A stretch of 64,000 nucleotides of DNA from Escherichia coli (lineage in GTDB: Bacteria > Pseudomonadota > Gammaproteobacteria > Enterobacterales > Enterobacteriaceae). This document shows, in pieces, positions 45,201-54,749 of the stretch. The notes beneath the pieces are model-generated. The model worked only from the letters and a program-made list of their open reading frames with translations, did not search any database and was not told where the DNA came from. The stretch lies in the NCBI RefSeq assembly GCF_024223415.1, contig NZ_CP100500.1; one strand, 5' to 3'. Position 1 is the first letter of the stretch; every line of letters starts with the position of its first letter. Position numbers and translations under genes: made by a program.

Positions 45201-47246
45201 TTATATGTTCAAGCCACGATGTTGCAGCATCGGCATAATCTGAGGTGCCTTACCGCGCCATTGTCGATACAGGCGTTCCAGATCTTCGCTGTTACCTCTG
45301 GAAAGGATCGCCTCGCGAAAACGCAGCCCATTTTCACGCGTTAATCCGCCCTGCTCAACAAACCACTGATAACCATCATCGGCCAACATTTGCGTCCACA
45401 GATAAGCGTAATAACCTGCGGCATATCCGCCACCAAAAATATGGGCGAAATAACTGCTGCGATAGCGTGGCGGTATAGCAGGAAGATCCATATTTTCCGC
45501 CACCAGCGCCCGCAATTCGAAATCATCGACATCCTGCATTGCTTCGTTTTCTTCCAGGCAATGCCAGCGCATATCGAGAAGTGCGGCGCTAAGCAGTTCG
45601 CTCATCTCATACCCTTTGTTGAACAGGCTGGCATTACGCATTTTCTGTTGCAGTTCGTCAGGCATTGCTGCCCCGCTCTGATAATGCCGGGCGTAGCGAG
45701 CGAATACCTGCGGATGCGTTGCCCAGTGTTCGTTGATTTGCGACGGAAATTCGACAAAATCACGCGGCGTGTTGGTGCCGGAGAGCGTGGCATAACGCTG
45801 GCGGGCAAAAAGGCCGTGCAGCGTATGACCAAATTCATGGAATAAGGTTATGACATCATCCCAGAGTAACAACGCAGGCTCACCGGCAGCGGGTTTCTGA
45901 TAATTGCAGACGTTATAAATTACCGGATGCGTTTCATTAAGCGTTGATTGCTCAACAAAATTGCCCATCCATGCACCGCCGCTTTTTGAATCACGGGCGA
46001 AGAAATCACCGTAAAATAACGCCAGTCCCACGCCATTATGATCAAAAATCTCCCACACACGAACGTCAGGATGGTAGACAGGAATATCAAAACGTTCGAC
46101 AAACTTAATACCGAAGAGCTGATTCGCGGTCCAGAATACACCTTCATTCAACACCGTGTTTAATTCAAAATATGGCTTGAGCTGCGCCTCATCAAGATCA
46201 AATTTCTCTCGCCGGACCTGTTCGGCATAAAATGCCCAGTCCCACGGCTGCGCGCTAAACCCGCCCTGCTGCTTATCGATAACCGCCTGTATGGAGGCTA
46301 ATTCATCGCTCGCACGTTGACGCGCCGCTGGAACAATTTCCCGCATAAAGTTAAGTGCTGCTTCAGGTGTTTTTGCCATCTGATCGGCGATTTTCCATGC
46401 GGCATAATGAGGAAAACCAAGTAGTGTTGCCTGTTGTGCACGGATCTCCACAAGACGTTGAATGATAGCGCGGGTATCATTGGCATCATTTTTTTCCGCT
46501 CGCGTCCAGCCCGCAATAAACAGTTTTTCACGCGTCGCACGATCGCGCATTTCGGCAAGCGCCGGTTGTTGGGTGGTATTCAGCAGCGGAATCAGCCATT
46601 TGTTATCCAAACCTTTCTCGCGAGCCGCCTCTGCCGCCAGCGCAATCTCTTGCTCACTCATTCCCGCCAGCTGCGCGATATCGTTCACAACCAGACCGCC
46701 GGATTTATTTGCTGCCAGTAACCGCTGGTTAAACTGACTGGTCAGTGTCGCAGCTTCTGTATTCAGTACTTTTAATTTTGCTTTATCAGCTTGTGCAAGT
46801 TTGGCTCCGGCTAGGACAAAACGTTGATGAATCACCTCCACCAGGCGGATGGATTCACTATCAAGCCCCAGAGATTCACGGCGTTGCCAGACAGCATCTA
46901 CCCGCGCGAATAATTCACTGTTCAGATAGATATCATTAGCCAGTTCCGCCAGTTCAGCGGAAAACTGTTCATCAAGACGCTGTAATTCATCATTGGTATG
47001 CGCCGCAGTCATCGCAAAAAAGACGCTGGTAACGCGGGTAAGTAATTCTCCGCTTTGTTCCAGTGCCAGAATAGTATTGTTGAAATCAGGTGTTTGCGGG
47101 TTAAGCGCGATGGCAGCAATTTCTGCCCGCTTTTGCTGTATTCCCTCATCGAATGCCGGGCGATAGTGATGATTGGCAATTTGATCAAAATGAGGAGCCA
47201 GATACGGCAGTGTGCTTTGCACAAGGAAAGGATTCATTGTTGTCAT
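45201..47246 (-). CDS. dcp: dipeptidyl carboxypeptidase II, M3 metallopeptidase (681 aa)
   Basis: Start placed at internal ATG 47246 (MTTMNPFLVQSTLPY…); zinc-binding HEFGH motif (FHEFGHTLH). Confidence 0.95.
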   Translation of the reverse strand: MTTMNPFLVQSTLPYLAPHFDQIANHHYRPAFDEGIQQKRAEIAAIALNPQTPDFNNTILALEQSGELLTRVTSVFFAMTAAHTNDELQRLDEQFSAELAELANDIYLNSELFARVDAVWQRRESLGLDSESIRLVEVIHQRFVLAGAKLAQADKAKLKVLNTEAATLTSQFNQRLLAANKSGGLVVNDIAQLAGMSEQEIALAAEAAREKGLDNKWLIPLLNTTQQPALAEMRDRATREKLFIAGWTRAEKNDANDTRAIIQRLVEIRAQQATLLGFPHYAAWKIADQMAKTPEAALNFMREIVPAARQRASDELASIQAVIDKQQGGFSAQPWDWAFYAEQVRREKFDLDEAQLKPYFELNTVLNEGVFWTANQLFGIKFVERFDIPVYHPDVRVWEIFDHNGVGLALFYGDFFARDSKSGGAWMGNFVEQSTLNETHPVIYNVCNYQKPAAGEPALLLWDDVITLFHEFGHTLHGLFARQRYATLSGTNTPRDFVEFPSQINEHWATHPQVFARYARHYQSGAAMPDELQQKMRNASLFNKGYEMSELLSAALLDMRWHCLEENEAMQDVDDFELRALVAENMDLPAIPPRYRSSYFAHIFGGGYAAGYYAYLWTQMLADDGYQWFVEQGGLTRENGLRFREAILSRGNSEDLERLYRQWRGKAPQIMPMLQHRGLNI

Positions 47247-47382
47247 TTTCTTCTCCTGAACGCGAGGTGTTCCATAGCGTAGGCTTACTGATAACGGAGT
47301 GCAATCTTGCAAACCAGTATTACCCGCTCTTAAGCATCCCGTGCTATGTTATTGACACACAAAAGCGTTGAGGAACAGTGAG

Positions 47383-48129
47383 ATGATCGTTTTAGTAACT
47401 GGAGCAACGGCAGGTTTTGGTGAATGCATTACTCGTCGTTTTATTCAACAAGGGCATAAAGTTATCGCCACTGGCCGTCGCCAGGAACGGTTGCAGGAGT
47501 TAAAAGACGAACTGGGAGATAATCTGTATATCGCCCAACTGGACGTTCGCAACCGTGCCGCTATTGAAGAGATGCTGGCATCGCTCCCTGCCGAGTGGAG
47601 CAATATTGATATCCTGGTAAATAATGCCGGCCTGGCGTTGGGCATGGAGCCTGCGCATAAAGCCAGCGTTGAAGACTGGGAAACGATGATTGATACCAAC
47701 AATAAAGGCCTGGTATATATGACGCGCGCCGTCTTACCGGGTATGGTTGAACGTAATCATGGTCATATTATTAACATTGGCTCAACGGCAGGCAGCTGGC
47801 CGTATGCCGGTGGTAACGTTTACGGTGCGACGAAAGCCTTTGTTCGTCAGTTTAGCCTGAATCTGCGTACGGACCTGCATGGTACGGCGGTGCGCGTCAC
47901 CGACATCGAACCGGGTCTGGTGGGTGGCACCGAGTTTTCCAATGTCCGCTTTAAAGGCGATGACGGTAAAGCGGAAAAAACCTATCAAAATACCGTTGCA
48001 TTAACGCCAGAAGATGTCAGCGAAGCCGTCTGGTGGGTGTCAACGCTGCCTGCTCACGTCAATATCAATACCCTGGAAATGATGCCGGTTACCCAAAGCT
48101 ATGCCGGGCTGAATGTCCACCGTCAGTAA
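47383..48129 (+). CDS. ydfG: NADP-dependent 3-hydroxy acid dehydrogenase, SDR family (248 aa)
   Basis: Start at 47383 (MIVLVTGATAGFG…), Rossmann TGxxxGxG motif. Confidence 0.9.
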   Translation: MIVLVTGATAGFGECITRRFIQQGHKVIATGRRQERLQELKDELGDNLYIAQLDVRNRAAIEEMLASLPAEWSNIDILVNNAGLALGMEPAHKASVEDWETMIDTNNKGLVYMTRAVLPGMVERNHGHIINIGSTAGSWPYAGGNVYGATKAFVRQFSLNLRTDLHGTAVRVTDIEPGLVGGTEFSNVRFKGDDGKAEKTYQNTVALTPEDVSEAVWWVSTLPAHVNINTLEMMPVTQSYAGLNVHRQ

Positions 48130-48217
48130 TTTTTATACCCGGCGTAACTGCCGGGTTATTGCTTGTCATAAAAAAGTGGTAGACTCATGCAGTTAACTCA
48201 CTCACAAGCAAGAACGA

Positions 48218-48904
48218 ATGACCGTCGAAACGCAACTTAATCCCACACAGCCTGTCAATCAGCAGATTTATCGTATCCTTCGTCGCGACATTGTCCATTG
48301 CCTGATTGCCCCAGGCACACCGTTGTCGGAAAAAGAAGTTTCTGTTCGTTTCAATGTGTCTCGCCAGCCGGTTCGTGAAGCCTTTATTAAACTGGCGGAA
48401 AACGGCCTGATTCAAATTCGTCCGCAGCGTGGCAGCTACGTCAACAAAATTTCCATGTCCCAGGTGCGCAACGGCAGTTTTATCCGTCAGGCCATTGAGT
48501 GCGCGGTGGCGCGTCGGGCGGCGAGCATGATTACCGAAAGCCAGTGCTACCAACTGGAACAAAATCTTCACCAGCAACGCATTGCCATTGAGCGCAAGCA
48601 ACTGGATGATTTTTTTGAACTTGATGACAACTTCCATCAACTCCTGACGCAGATTGCCGACTGTCAACTGGCGTGGGATACCATTGAGAACCTGAAAGCG
48701 ACCGTTGATCGCGTGCGCTATATGAGTTTCGACCACGTTTCTCCACCAGAAATGCTGTTACGCCAGCATCTTGATATTTTCTCTGCCCTGCAAAAACGTG
48801 ATGGCGATGCGGTAGAACGTGCAATGACGCAACATTTGCAGGAAATCAGCGAATCCGTGCGCCAGATCCGCCAGGAAAACAGCGACTGGTTTAGCGAAGA
48901 GTAA
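48218..48904 (+). CDS. ydfH: GntR-family transcriptional regulator (228 aa)
   Basis: N-terminal GntR HTH plus FCD domain; 228 aa. Confidence 0.9.
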   Translation: MTVETQLNPTQPVNQQIYRILRRDIVHCLIAPGTPLSEKEVSVRFNVSRQPVREAFIKLAENGLIQIRPQRGSYVNKISMSQVRNGSFIRQAIECAVARRAASMITESQCYQLEQNLHQQRIAIERKQLDDFFELDDNFHQLLTQIADCQLAWDTIENLKATVDRVRYMSFDHVSPPEMLLRQHLDIFSALQKRDGDAVERAMTQHLQEISESVRQIRQENSDWFSEE

Positions 48905-48911
48905 TTCATTT

Positions 48912-48942
48912 ACTCTCATCCCATTCGGGATGAGAGTCTTTT
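48912..48942 (+). terminator. intrinsic terminator downstream of ydfH
   Basis: Stem actctcatccc / gggatgagagt followed by cttttccccc. Confidence 0.5.
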
Positions 48943-48985
48943 CCCCCGCCTTATGGCTCATGCATGCATCAAAAAAGATGTGAGA

Positions 48986-48999
48986 TTGATCAAAAACAA
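48986..48999. promoter_or_regulatory. FNR-like half-palindrome upstream of ydfZ
   Basis: TTGAT-caaa-AACAA, one mismatch from recalled TTGAT-N4-ATCAA, about 85 bp upstream of the ydfZ start. Confidence 0.4.
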
Positions 49000-49080
49000 A
49001 AAATATTTCACTCGACAGGAGTATTTATATTGCGCCCGTTACGTGGGCTTCGACTGTAAATCAGAAAGGAGAAAACACCT

Positions 49081-49284
49081 ATGACGACCTACGATCGTAA
49101 CCGTAACGCAATCACCACTGGCAGCCGTGTTATGGTTAGCGGCACCGGTCACACTGGCAAGATCCTGTCGATTGATACTGAAGGTCTGACCGCTGAGCAA
49201 ATCCGCCGCGGAAAAACCGTAGTTGTTGAAGGTTGTGAAGAGAAACTGGCACCTCTGGACCTGATTCGTCTCGGCATGAACTAA
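49081..49284 (+). CDS. ydfZ: small protein YdfZ (67 aa)
   Basis: 67-aa ORF with good SD (aaggag) upstream; matches recalled YdfZ. Confidence 0.85.
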
Positions 49285-49291
49285 GCGTGTG

Positions 49292-49321
49292 AATGCCGCC
49301 GATGGCGGCATTGCTTTTTTT
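49292..49321. terminator. bidirectional terminator between ydfZ and ydfI
   Basis: aatgccgcc-gat-ggcggcatt followed by tgcttttttt. Confidence 0.6.
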
Positions 49322-50780
49322 ACTTCACGGAATATTTCGCCACGGTCGCTTTCGCGCCATGCGCTAATAAAGACAAGTACGCTTCCGTCACTTTTGCAGT
49401 AAACAAGCTATTGTCTGGCAAATCATCACCAAAGATTGCCTTAATCGCCAGCAATGACTGGACGCGCGCTTTCCCTTCGGCACTACTTTGTACAGCCTTC
49501 TGAATAACAGGTAACAGTGGGTCACTGATTTCTATCGGATTTCCCTGTTCATCAACACCACCGACATAACGCATCCAACCCGCGACGCCCAGCGCCAGCA
49601 GATCGAACTTGCTGTCATGCGCCAGATGCCAGCGAACAGAATCCAACATCCGCTGTGGCAATTTCTGGCTGCCATCCATCGCAATCTGCCAGGTTCGATG
49701 ACGTAACGCCGGGTTGCTATAGCGTTCAATTAATCGGTTAGCGTAATCTTGCAAATCAACGCCCTGCACTTTCAGCGTCGGCGCTTGTTCCTGCAACATC
49801 AAGCCATACGCCGCATAACGATAATGTTCATCTTCCATACAGTCATTAATGTGCTGATATCCGGCAAGATAACCCAAATACGCCAGGAATGAATGACTGC
49901 CGTTGAGCATGCGCAACTTCATCTCTTCATAAGGCAGCACATCACTAACCAGTTCGGCTCCCGCTTTTTCCCATTCCGGACGTCCGGCAACAAAGTTATC
50001 TTCGATTACCCACTGGCGGAAAGGTTCACAGGCAACGCCCGCAGGATCGCGCACACCGGTAAGTTGTTCGATTTTCGCCAGCGTATCCTCTGTCACTGCG
50101 GGCACAATACGGTCCACCATTGTTGATGGGAAAGTCACGTTATCTTCGATCCATTGTGCCAGTTTTACATCAACGGCTTGCGCGTAGGAAGTGACAACGT
50201 CACGCATAACATGACCGTTTTCTGGCATGTTGTCACATGACATGACGGTAAATGCGGGAAGTCCTGCCGCTTTACGGCGAGCCAGCGCCTCAACAATCAC
50301 CCCTGTTGCTGTTTTCGGCTGGTGGGGATTTTGCACGTCGGCAACGACCATCGGGTGATCGAGCATTAACTGTCCGGTCGCCGGAGAGTGGAAATACCCT
50401 TTTTCGGTGATTGTCAGAGAGACAATCGCGATTTGTGGTTCACACATCGCAGCCAACACGGTTTCTAAGCCATCCATCTGTACGTGCAAGGCTTTTTTAA
50501 CGACGCCAACGACGCGAGCCGTCCACGCATCGGCCGACATTTCCGCAACGGTATAAAGATTATCTTGCTGTTGTAAATCGGCAATTTGCTGTTCGCCACC
50601 GATTAAGTTGACCTCATAATATCCCCAGTCACTGAAATGTTCTGTAGCAAGAATATCGGCATACACGCCCTGATGCGCACGGTGAAATGCACCAAAGCCT
50701 AAATGAACAATCCTTGGGGCCAGGTTATTACGATTATAAACAGGGAGTGTCGCTTTTGCTGATAACAAATTATTTCCCAT
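49320..50780 (-). CDS. ydfI: mannitol-dehydrogenase-family oxidoreductase (486 aa)
   Basis: 486-aa ORF, mannitol/mannonate dehydrogenase family. Confidence 0.9.
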   Translation of the reverse strand: MGNNLLSAKATLPVYNRNNLAPRIVHLGFGAFHRAHQGVYADILATEHFSDWGYYEVNLIGGEQQIADLQQQDNLYTVAEMSADAWTARVVGVVKKALHVQMDGLETVLAAMCEPQIAIVSLTITEKGYFHSPATGQLMLDHPMVVADVQNPHQPKTATGVIVEALARRKAAGLPAFTVMSCDNMPENGHVMRDVVTSYAQAVDVKLAQWIEDNVTFPSTMVDRIVPAVTEDTLAKIEQLTGVRDPAGVACEPFRQWVIEDNFVAGRPEWEKAGAELVSDVLPYEEMKLRMLNGSHSFLAYLGYLAGYQHINDCMEDEHYRYAAYGLMLQEQAPTLKVQGVDLQDYANRLIERYSNPALRHRTWQIAMDGSQKLPQRMLDSVRWHLAHDSKFDLLALGVAGWMRYVGGVDEQGNPIEISDPLLPVIQKAVQSSAEGKARVQSLLAIKAIFGDDLPDNSLFTAKVTEAYLSLLAHGAKATVAKYSVK

Positions 50781-50868
50781 AACAATTCCTTAAATATAAA
50801 TATGGCAAGCTACATGTTTTGTTATATGAAGAAAAATCCCCTCTCCGGTAAGAGAAGGGATTGAGGAT

Positions 50869-52152
50869 TTACAGACTTCTGGAAGGTTGCGCAGCTCTTA
50901 CAACACGCGGTTGATCTTCCGCAGCGTCTTCCAGCGCACTTAAATCACGGTCTTTCACTTCTGGCATTTTCAGCGCAGAGATTAAACCAATCACTGAATA
51001 TGCCATGATCATAATGGCGATCGGATACCAGGATTCCGTCATGGTGCAGAAAATACCCGCCAGGATAGGACCAAAACCGGAAGCGATAAGACCACCAATT
51101 TCTTTAGAAATAGCCATCCGGGTAAAACGGTTTTTACAACCGAACATTTCTGCCATGGTAATGTTTTCCAGAGCAAATAATCCCAGCACCGCACAGTTAT
51201 GAATCACAATCAGTGCAACCATAATGGTGCTCGGGGCATAGCTTTTATCTACGATGATAGAAAGCATTGGCCATGCCAGCACAATCGCAGAGGTATTCAT
51301 AATAATATACGGGATCCGGCGACCAATTTTATCGGATAACCAACCAAGGAACGGAATGGTCATAAAGCCGAGAATCGAACTGATCATCAATGCATCTGTT
51401 GGAATTGCTTTGTTAAACAATAACGTCTGTACTAAATAGCCTGCAAGGAAAGTCTGAATTAACCCGGAGTTACCTGCCTGACCAAAACGCAGTCCTGTTG
51501 CCAGCCAGAAGGATTTGCTCTGGAACATGCTACCAGCAGGTGCAGGTTTTGCTGTCGGTTGGTTGCTGTCGTTAACCTTCTCAAAGACCGGGCTTTCTTT
51601 CAGATTCATACGCAACCAGATAGCAAAGACCATCACGACAACGCTCGCCAGGAACGGTATACGCCATCCCCACGCCAGCAGTTCCTCTTTACTGAGAATG
51701 AAGAACATAAAGGCCCAGATTGCCGTTGCGCTCAAGGTTCCGCAGTTAGTTCCCATAGCTACAAATGAGGAGATAATTCCGCGCTTACCTTTTGGCGCAT
51801 ATTCCGCCAGCATCGTACCGGCACCGGAAATTTCCGCACCTGCACCCAACCCCTGAATAATACGCAGCGTCACCAGCAAGATGGGTGCAAAAACACCAAT
51901 CTGTGCATAGGTCGGTAACACACCAATTAAGGTGGTACAGATCCCCATCATGGTGATGGTAATAAAGAGCACTTTTTTACGCCCTATTCTGTCGCCCATT
52001 TTGCCGAAAATAAATGCTCCGACAATACGCGCCACATAACCTGCACCGTAGGTTCCCATTGCCAGAATTAACGCCATTGCCGTTGATGATTCAGGAAAAA
52101 ATATTTCATGAAACACTAACGCTGCGCCGAGCGAATATAACTGGAAATCCAT
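50869..52152 (-). CDS. ydfJ: MFS transporter (ProP-like), N-terminally truncated at the prophage junction (427 aa)
   Basis: 427-aa ORF begins directly in a TM helix and lacks the roughly 30-residue N-terminus seen in ProP-family proteins; prophage DNA starts immediately upstream. Confidence 0.85.
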   Translation of the reverse strand: MDFQLYSLGAALVFHEIFFPESSTAMALILAMGTYGAGYVARIVGAFIFGKMGDRIGRKKVLFITITMMGICTTLIGVLPTYAQIGVFAPILLVTLRIIQGLGAGAEISGAGTMLAEYAPKGKRGIISSFVAMGTNCGTLSATAIWAFMFFILSKEELLAWGWRIPFLASVVVMVFAIWLRMNLKESPVFEKVNDSNQPTAKPAPAGSMFQSKSFWLATGLRFGQAGNSGLIQTFLAGYLVQTLLFNKAIPTDALMISSILGFMTIPFLGWLSDKIGRRIPYIIMNTSAIVLAWPMLSIIVDKSYAPSTIMVALIVIHNCAVLGLFALENITMAEMFGCKNRFTRMAISKEIGGLIASGFGPILAGIFCTMTESWYPIAIMIMAYSVIGLISALKMPEVKDRDLSALEDAAEDQPRVVRAAQPSRSL

Positions 52153-52753
52153 AATTCACAGGTGTTTTTTCCCATCCTGTGGTTTCCTTGGCGTTTTCTA
52201 GGTTTTTTCAGATAGTTGCATTTTTTTAAAAGCATCCTAAGTTCGATCTCAGTGTCTATCTGGGGCCTATTTCTGTCCCATATATGCCCCAAAAAACTCC
52301 CCAACAGATAAGTAGTTTTTTCATGGATTTACGCGTAAAATCAATAACGGCTGGAAATCATTCAATACTCGCACTATCGAAAAATTTACCAGCCAACCGC
52401 AGCACGTTCTTGCATAAGGTGTGTCTGCGGTTTTTCAACTATTCAGATACATCACTCCCATCACATTCATTCCTCCACATCAAAGGCATATAGGCTATAT
52501 CACCTTGATATTTTTCTTCTTCAGATAAAAACTGTTATCTATGTATACTTTTAAACCCAATCCGTGTAGAGTCTCTGCATAAGATAGTTTGCAGTTGCCA
52601 CTTCAGATTGCGCCATAAACCGCCTGATTTTTGCCGCCACCTGTTAGCATTCCTGTATACCTGAAACGACAATGTTTATCTACGAACTTTAAGAACACCC
52701 AAGATAAAATTGTCAACTATATCATATATAACACATTACTAATTCGAGGCTAT

Positions 52754-52867
52754 ATGAACAGCATACTGATAATCACTTCTCTCCTTATCATATTCAGCAT
52801 TTTTAGTCATGCCCTAATAAAATTAGGGATTGGCATATCCAATAACCCAGACAAAACCGATGTATAA
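52754..52867 (+). CDS. hypothetical 37-aa hydrophobic peptide (candidate small membrane protein)
   Basis: ATG 52754 preceded by [41 protein letters not shown]; no homology claim. Confidence 0.25.
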
Positions 52868-52935
52868 GTCAACATATCCTGAATCAGACATACAATATCG
52901 CAATGAAAATCAATAATATTTTAAGGAATATCTTC

Positions 52936-53169
52936 ATGAAATCAAAAGACACCCTAAAGTGGTTCCCTGCGCAGCTTCCTGAAGTAAGAATTATCCTAGG
53001 GGATGCTGTAGTGGAAGTAGCAAAACAGGGAAGACCTATCAATACCAGAACATTGCTTGATTACATTGAAGGAAACATAAAGAAAAAATCATGGCTGGAT
53101 AACAAAGAATTATTACAAACAGCGATATCAGTTCTTAAAGACAACCAAAATTTAAATGGTAAAATGTAA
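52936..53169 (+). CDS. ydfK: prophage cold-shock-associated protein YdfK (77 aa)
   Basis: Start at ATG 52936 (MKSKDTLKWFPAQLPEV…); matches recalled YdfK/YnaE family. Confidence 0.85.
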   Translation: MKSKDTLKWFPAQLPEVRIILGDAVVEVAKQGRPINTRTLLDYIEGNIKKKSWLDNKELLQTAISVLKDNQNLNGKM

Positions 53170-53485
53170 TATAATAAACTTACTTTTTTATCATTTTTCC
53201 ACTTTAACAACATTTTGCTCCACTTTTCCACGACCAAACAACTTGAAATCTGGTTAAAATAACACGCAACACTATTCTTCTTCCTTGAGTCCGCCCGGAA
53301 CTCGAAAAACAAACCGAGTTAAAGCCATTTTTCACAAAATCGATTTTGGGTCTCACCAAAGTTACGGGGTTGCATACGCATTCGTTTATTTTCGAACGTG
53401 TACATACAAATATGCACAAAAATAATCAAAATTATTTTCTGAGATGCATTATGATATGAACACCAATTTCGTATAGAGTCTCACT

Positions 53486-54076
53486 ATGTCTCGAATTTTT
53501 GCTTACTGTCGGATATCAACGCTGGATCAGACCACCGAAAATCAACGCCGGGAAATCGAAAGTGCAGGTTTTAAAATCAAACCTCAGCAAATAATCGAAG
53601 AACACATTAGCGGCTCAGCAGCAACCAGTGAGCGTCCTGGTTTTAACCGGTTGCTTGCTCGCCTGAAATGTGGTGATCAATTGATTGTGACAAAACTGGA
53701 TCGCCTTGGTTGTAATGCAATGGATATCAGGAAAACAGTGGAACAACTGACCGAAACAGGTATCAGAGTGCATTGCTTAGCATTGGGGGGCATTGACCTG
53801 ACCAGTCCAACAGGAAAAATGATGATGCACGTAATTTCAGCAGTCGCTGAATTTGAACGAGACCTTTTACTTGAACGAACTCATTCCGGGATAGTAAGAG
53901 CCCGCGGCGCAGGGAAACGTTTTGGTCGACCACCTGTGTTAAATGAAGAACAGAAACAGGTGGTATTCGAACGAATTAAGTCAGGTGTAAGTATAAGTGC
54001 CATTGCCCGGGAATTCAAAACCTCGCGGCAAACCATTTTAAGAGCCAAAGCAAAACTTCAGACACCTGACATATAA
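53486..54076 (+). CDS. pinQ: serine-recombinase DNA invertase Pin (196 aa)
   Basis: [20 protein letters not shown]… resolvase/invertase catalytic domain plus C-terminal HTH. Confidence 0.95.
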   Translation: MSRIFAYCRISTLDQTTENQRREIESAGFKIKPQQIIEEHISGSAATSERPGFNRLLARLKCGDQLIVTKLDRLGCNAMDIRKTVEQLTETGIRVHCLALGGIDLTSPTGKMMMHVISAVAEFERDLLLERTHSGIVRARGAGKRFGRPPVLNEEQKQVVFERIKSGVSISAIAREFKTSRQTILRAKAKLQTPDI

Positions 54077-54173
54077 AAAATAATCTCGGTGTGAGATGCT
54101 TTACGTCTTCCAAGCCCCCTTCCTTGCCGTAAATGGAAAGATACATCTAATTATAGAATTTATATGTTTTACC

Positions 54174-54749
54174 CTACGGCAGTGCTGGCCATTCAATATC
54201 CTGTGCAGTTGACGTATCAACACGGTTCAGCAACACCCGATACTTTTTCCAGGCTTCCAGCAATGAGGTTTCTTCCTCCGTTGCGATTTCCAGATCTACA
54301 GCATCCTGAAGTGGCGCAATATGCTCACTGGCTACCTGCATCAGGCTGTTTTTTGTTTCTTCCGCCTCCCGGATCCGGAACAGTTTTTCTGCTTCTGCAT
54401 CTTTCACCCAGGCTGTGCCGTTCCACTTCTGAAACTCCCCTTCCGGCGATAACCAGGTAACATTTTCCGGTAACGGACCGAGTTCAGAAATAAATAACGC
54501 GTCCCCTGACGCTACGTCATAAACCGTTTTACCCCGATGGTCTTCATCGAGATGCCACGATGCCTTATCACTGTTGAAAACAGCCACAAAGCCAGCAGGA
54601 ATATCTGGTGGTGCAATATCGGTACTGTTTGCTGGCAGACCTGTATGAGGCGGAATATATGCGTCACCTTCACCAATAAATTCATTAGTTCCGGCCAGCA
54701 GATTATAAATTTTTATGGTCCGTGGTTGTTCACTCATTCTGAATGCCAT
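54174..54749 (-). CDS. tfaQ: tail fibre assembly protein (191 aa)
   Basis: 191-aa Tfa-like ORF; start overlaps stf stop (TAATG). Confidence 0.9.
   Translation of the reverse strand: MAFRMSEQPRTIKIYNLLAGTNEFIGEGDAYIPPHTGLPANSTDIAPPDIPAGFVAVFNSDKASWHLDEDHRGKTVYDVASGDALFISELGPLPENVTWLSPEGEFQKWNGTAWVKDAEAEKLFRIREAEETKNSLMQVASEHIAPLQDAVDLEIATEEETSLLEAWKKYRVLLNRVDTSTAQDIEWPALP

Noticed and set aside
52116-52493. Two short ORFs (62 and 69 aa) at the ydfJ/prophage junction
   Set aside because: They overlap each other and the ydfJ start, lack Shine-Dalgarno sequences, and have no recognisable features; most likely junction noise.
53298-53319. AACTCG-N10-CGAGTT palindrome upstream of pinQ as a possible invertase crossover site
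   Set aside because: It shares only the AAACCGAG core with gix and I found no inverted partner; more likely a promoter or operator element.
54164-54460. 98-aa plus-strand ORF overlapping tfaQ as a possible second, inverted tail-fibre assembly gene
   Set aside because: It is antisense to tfaQ, Pro/Leu-rich and not Tfa-like, so it is not an alternative tfa cassette.
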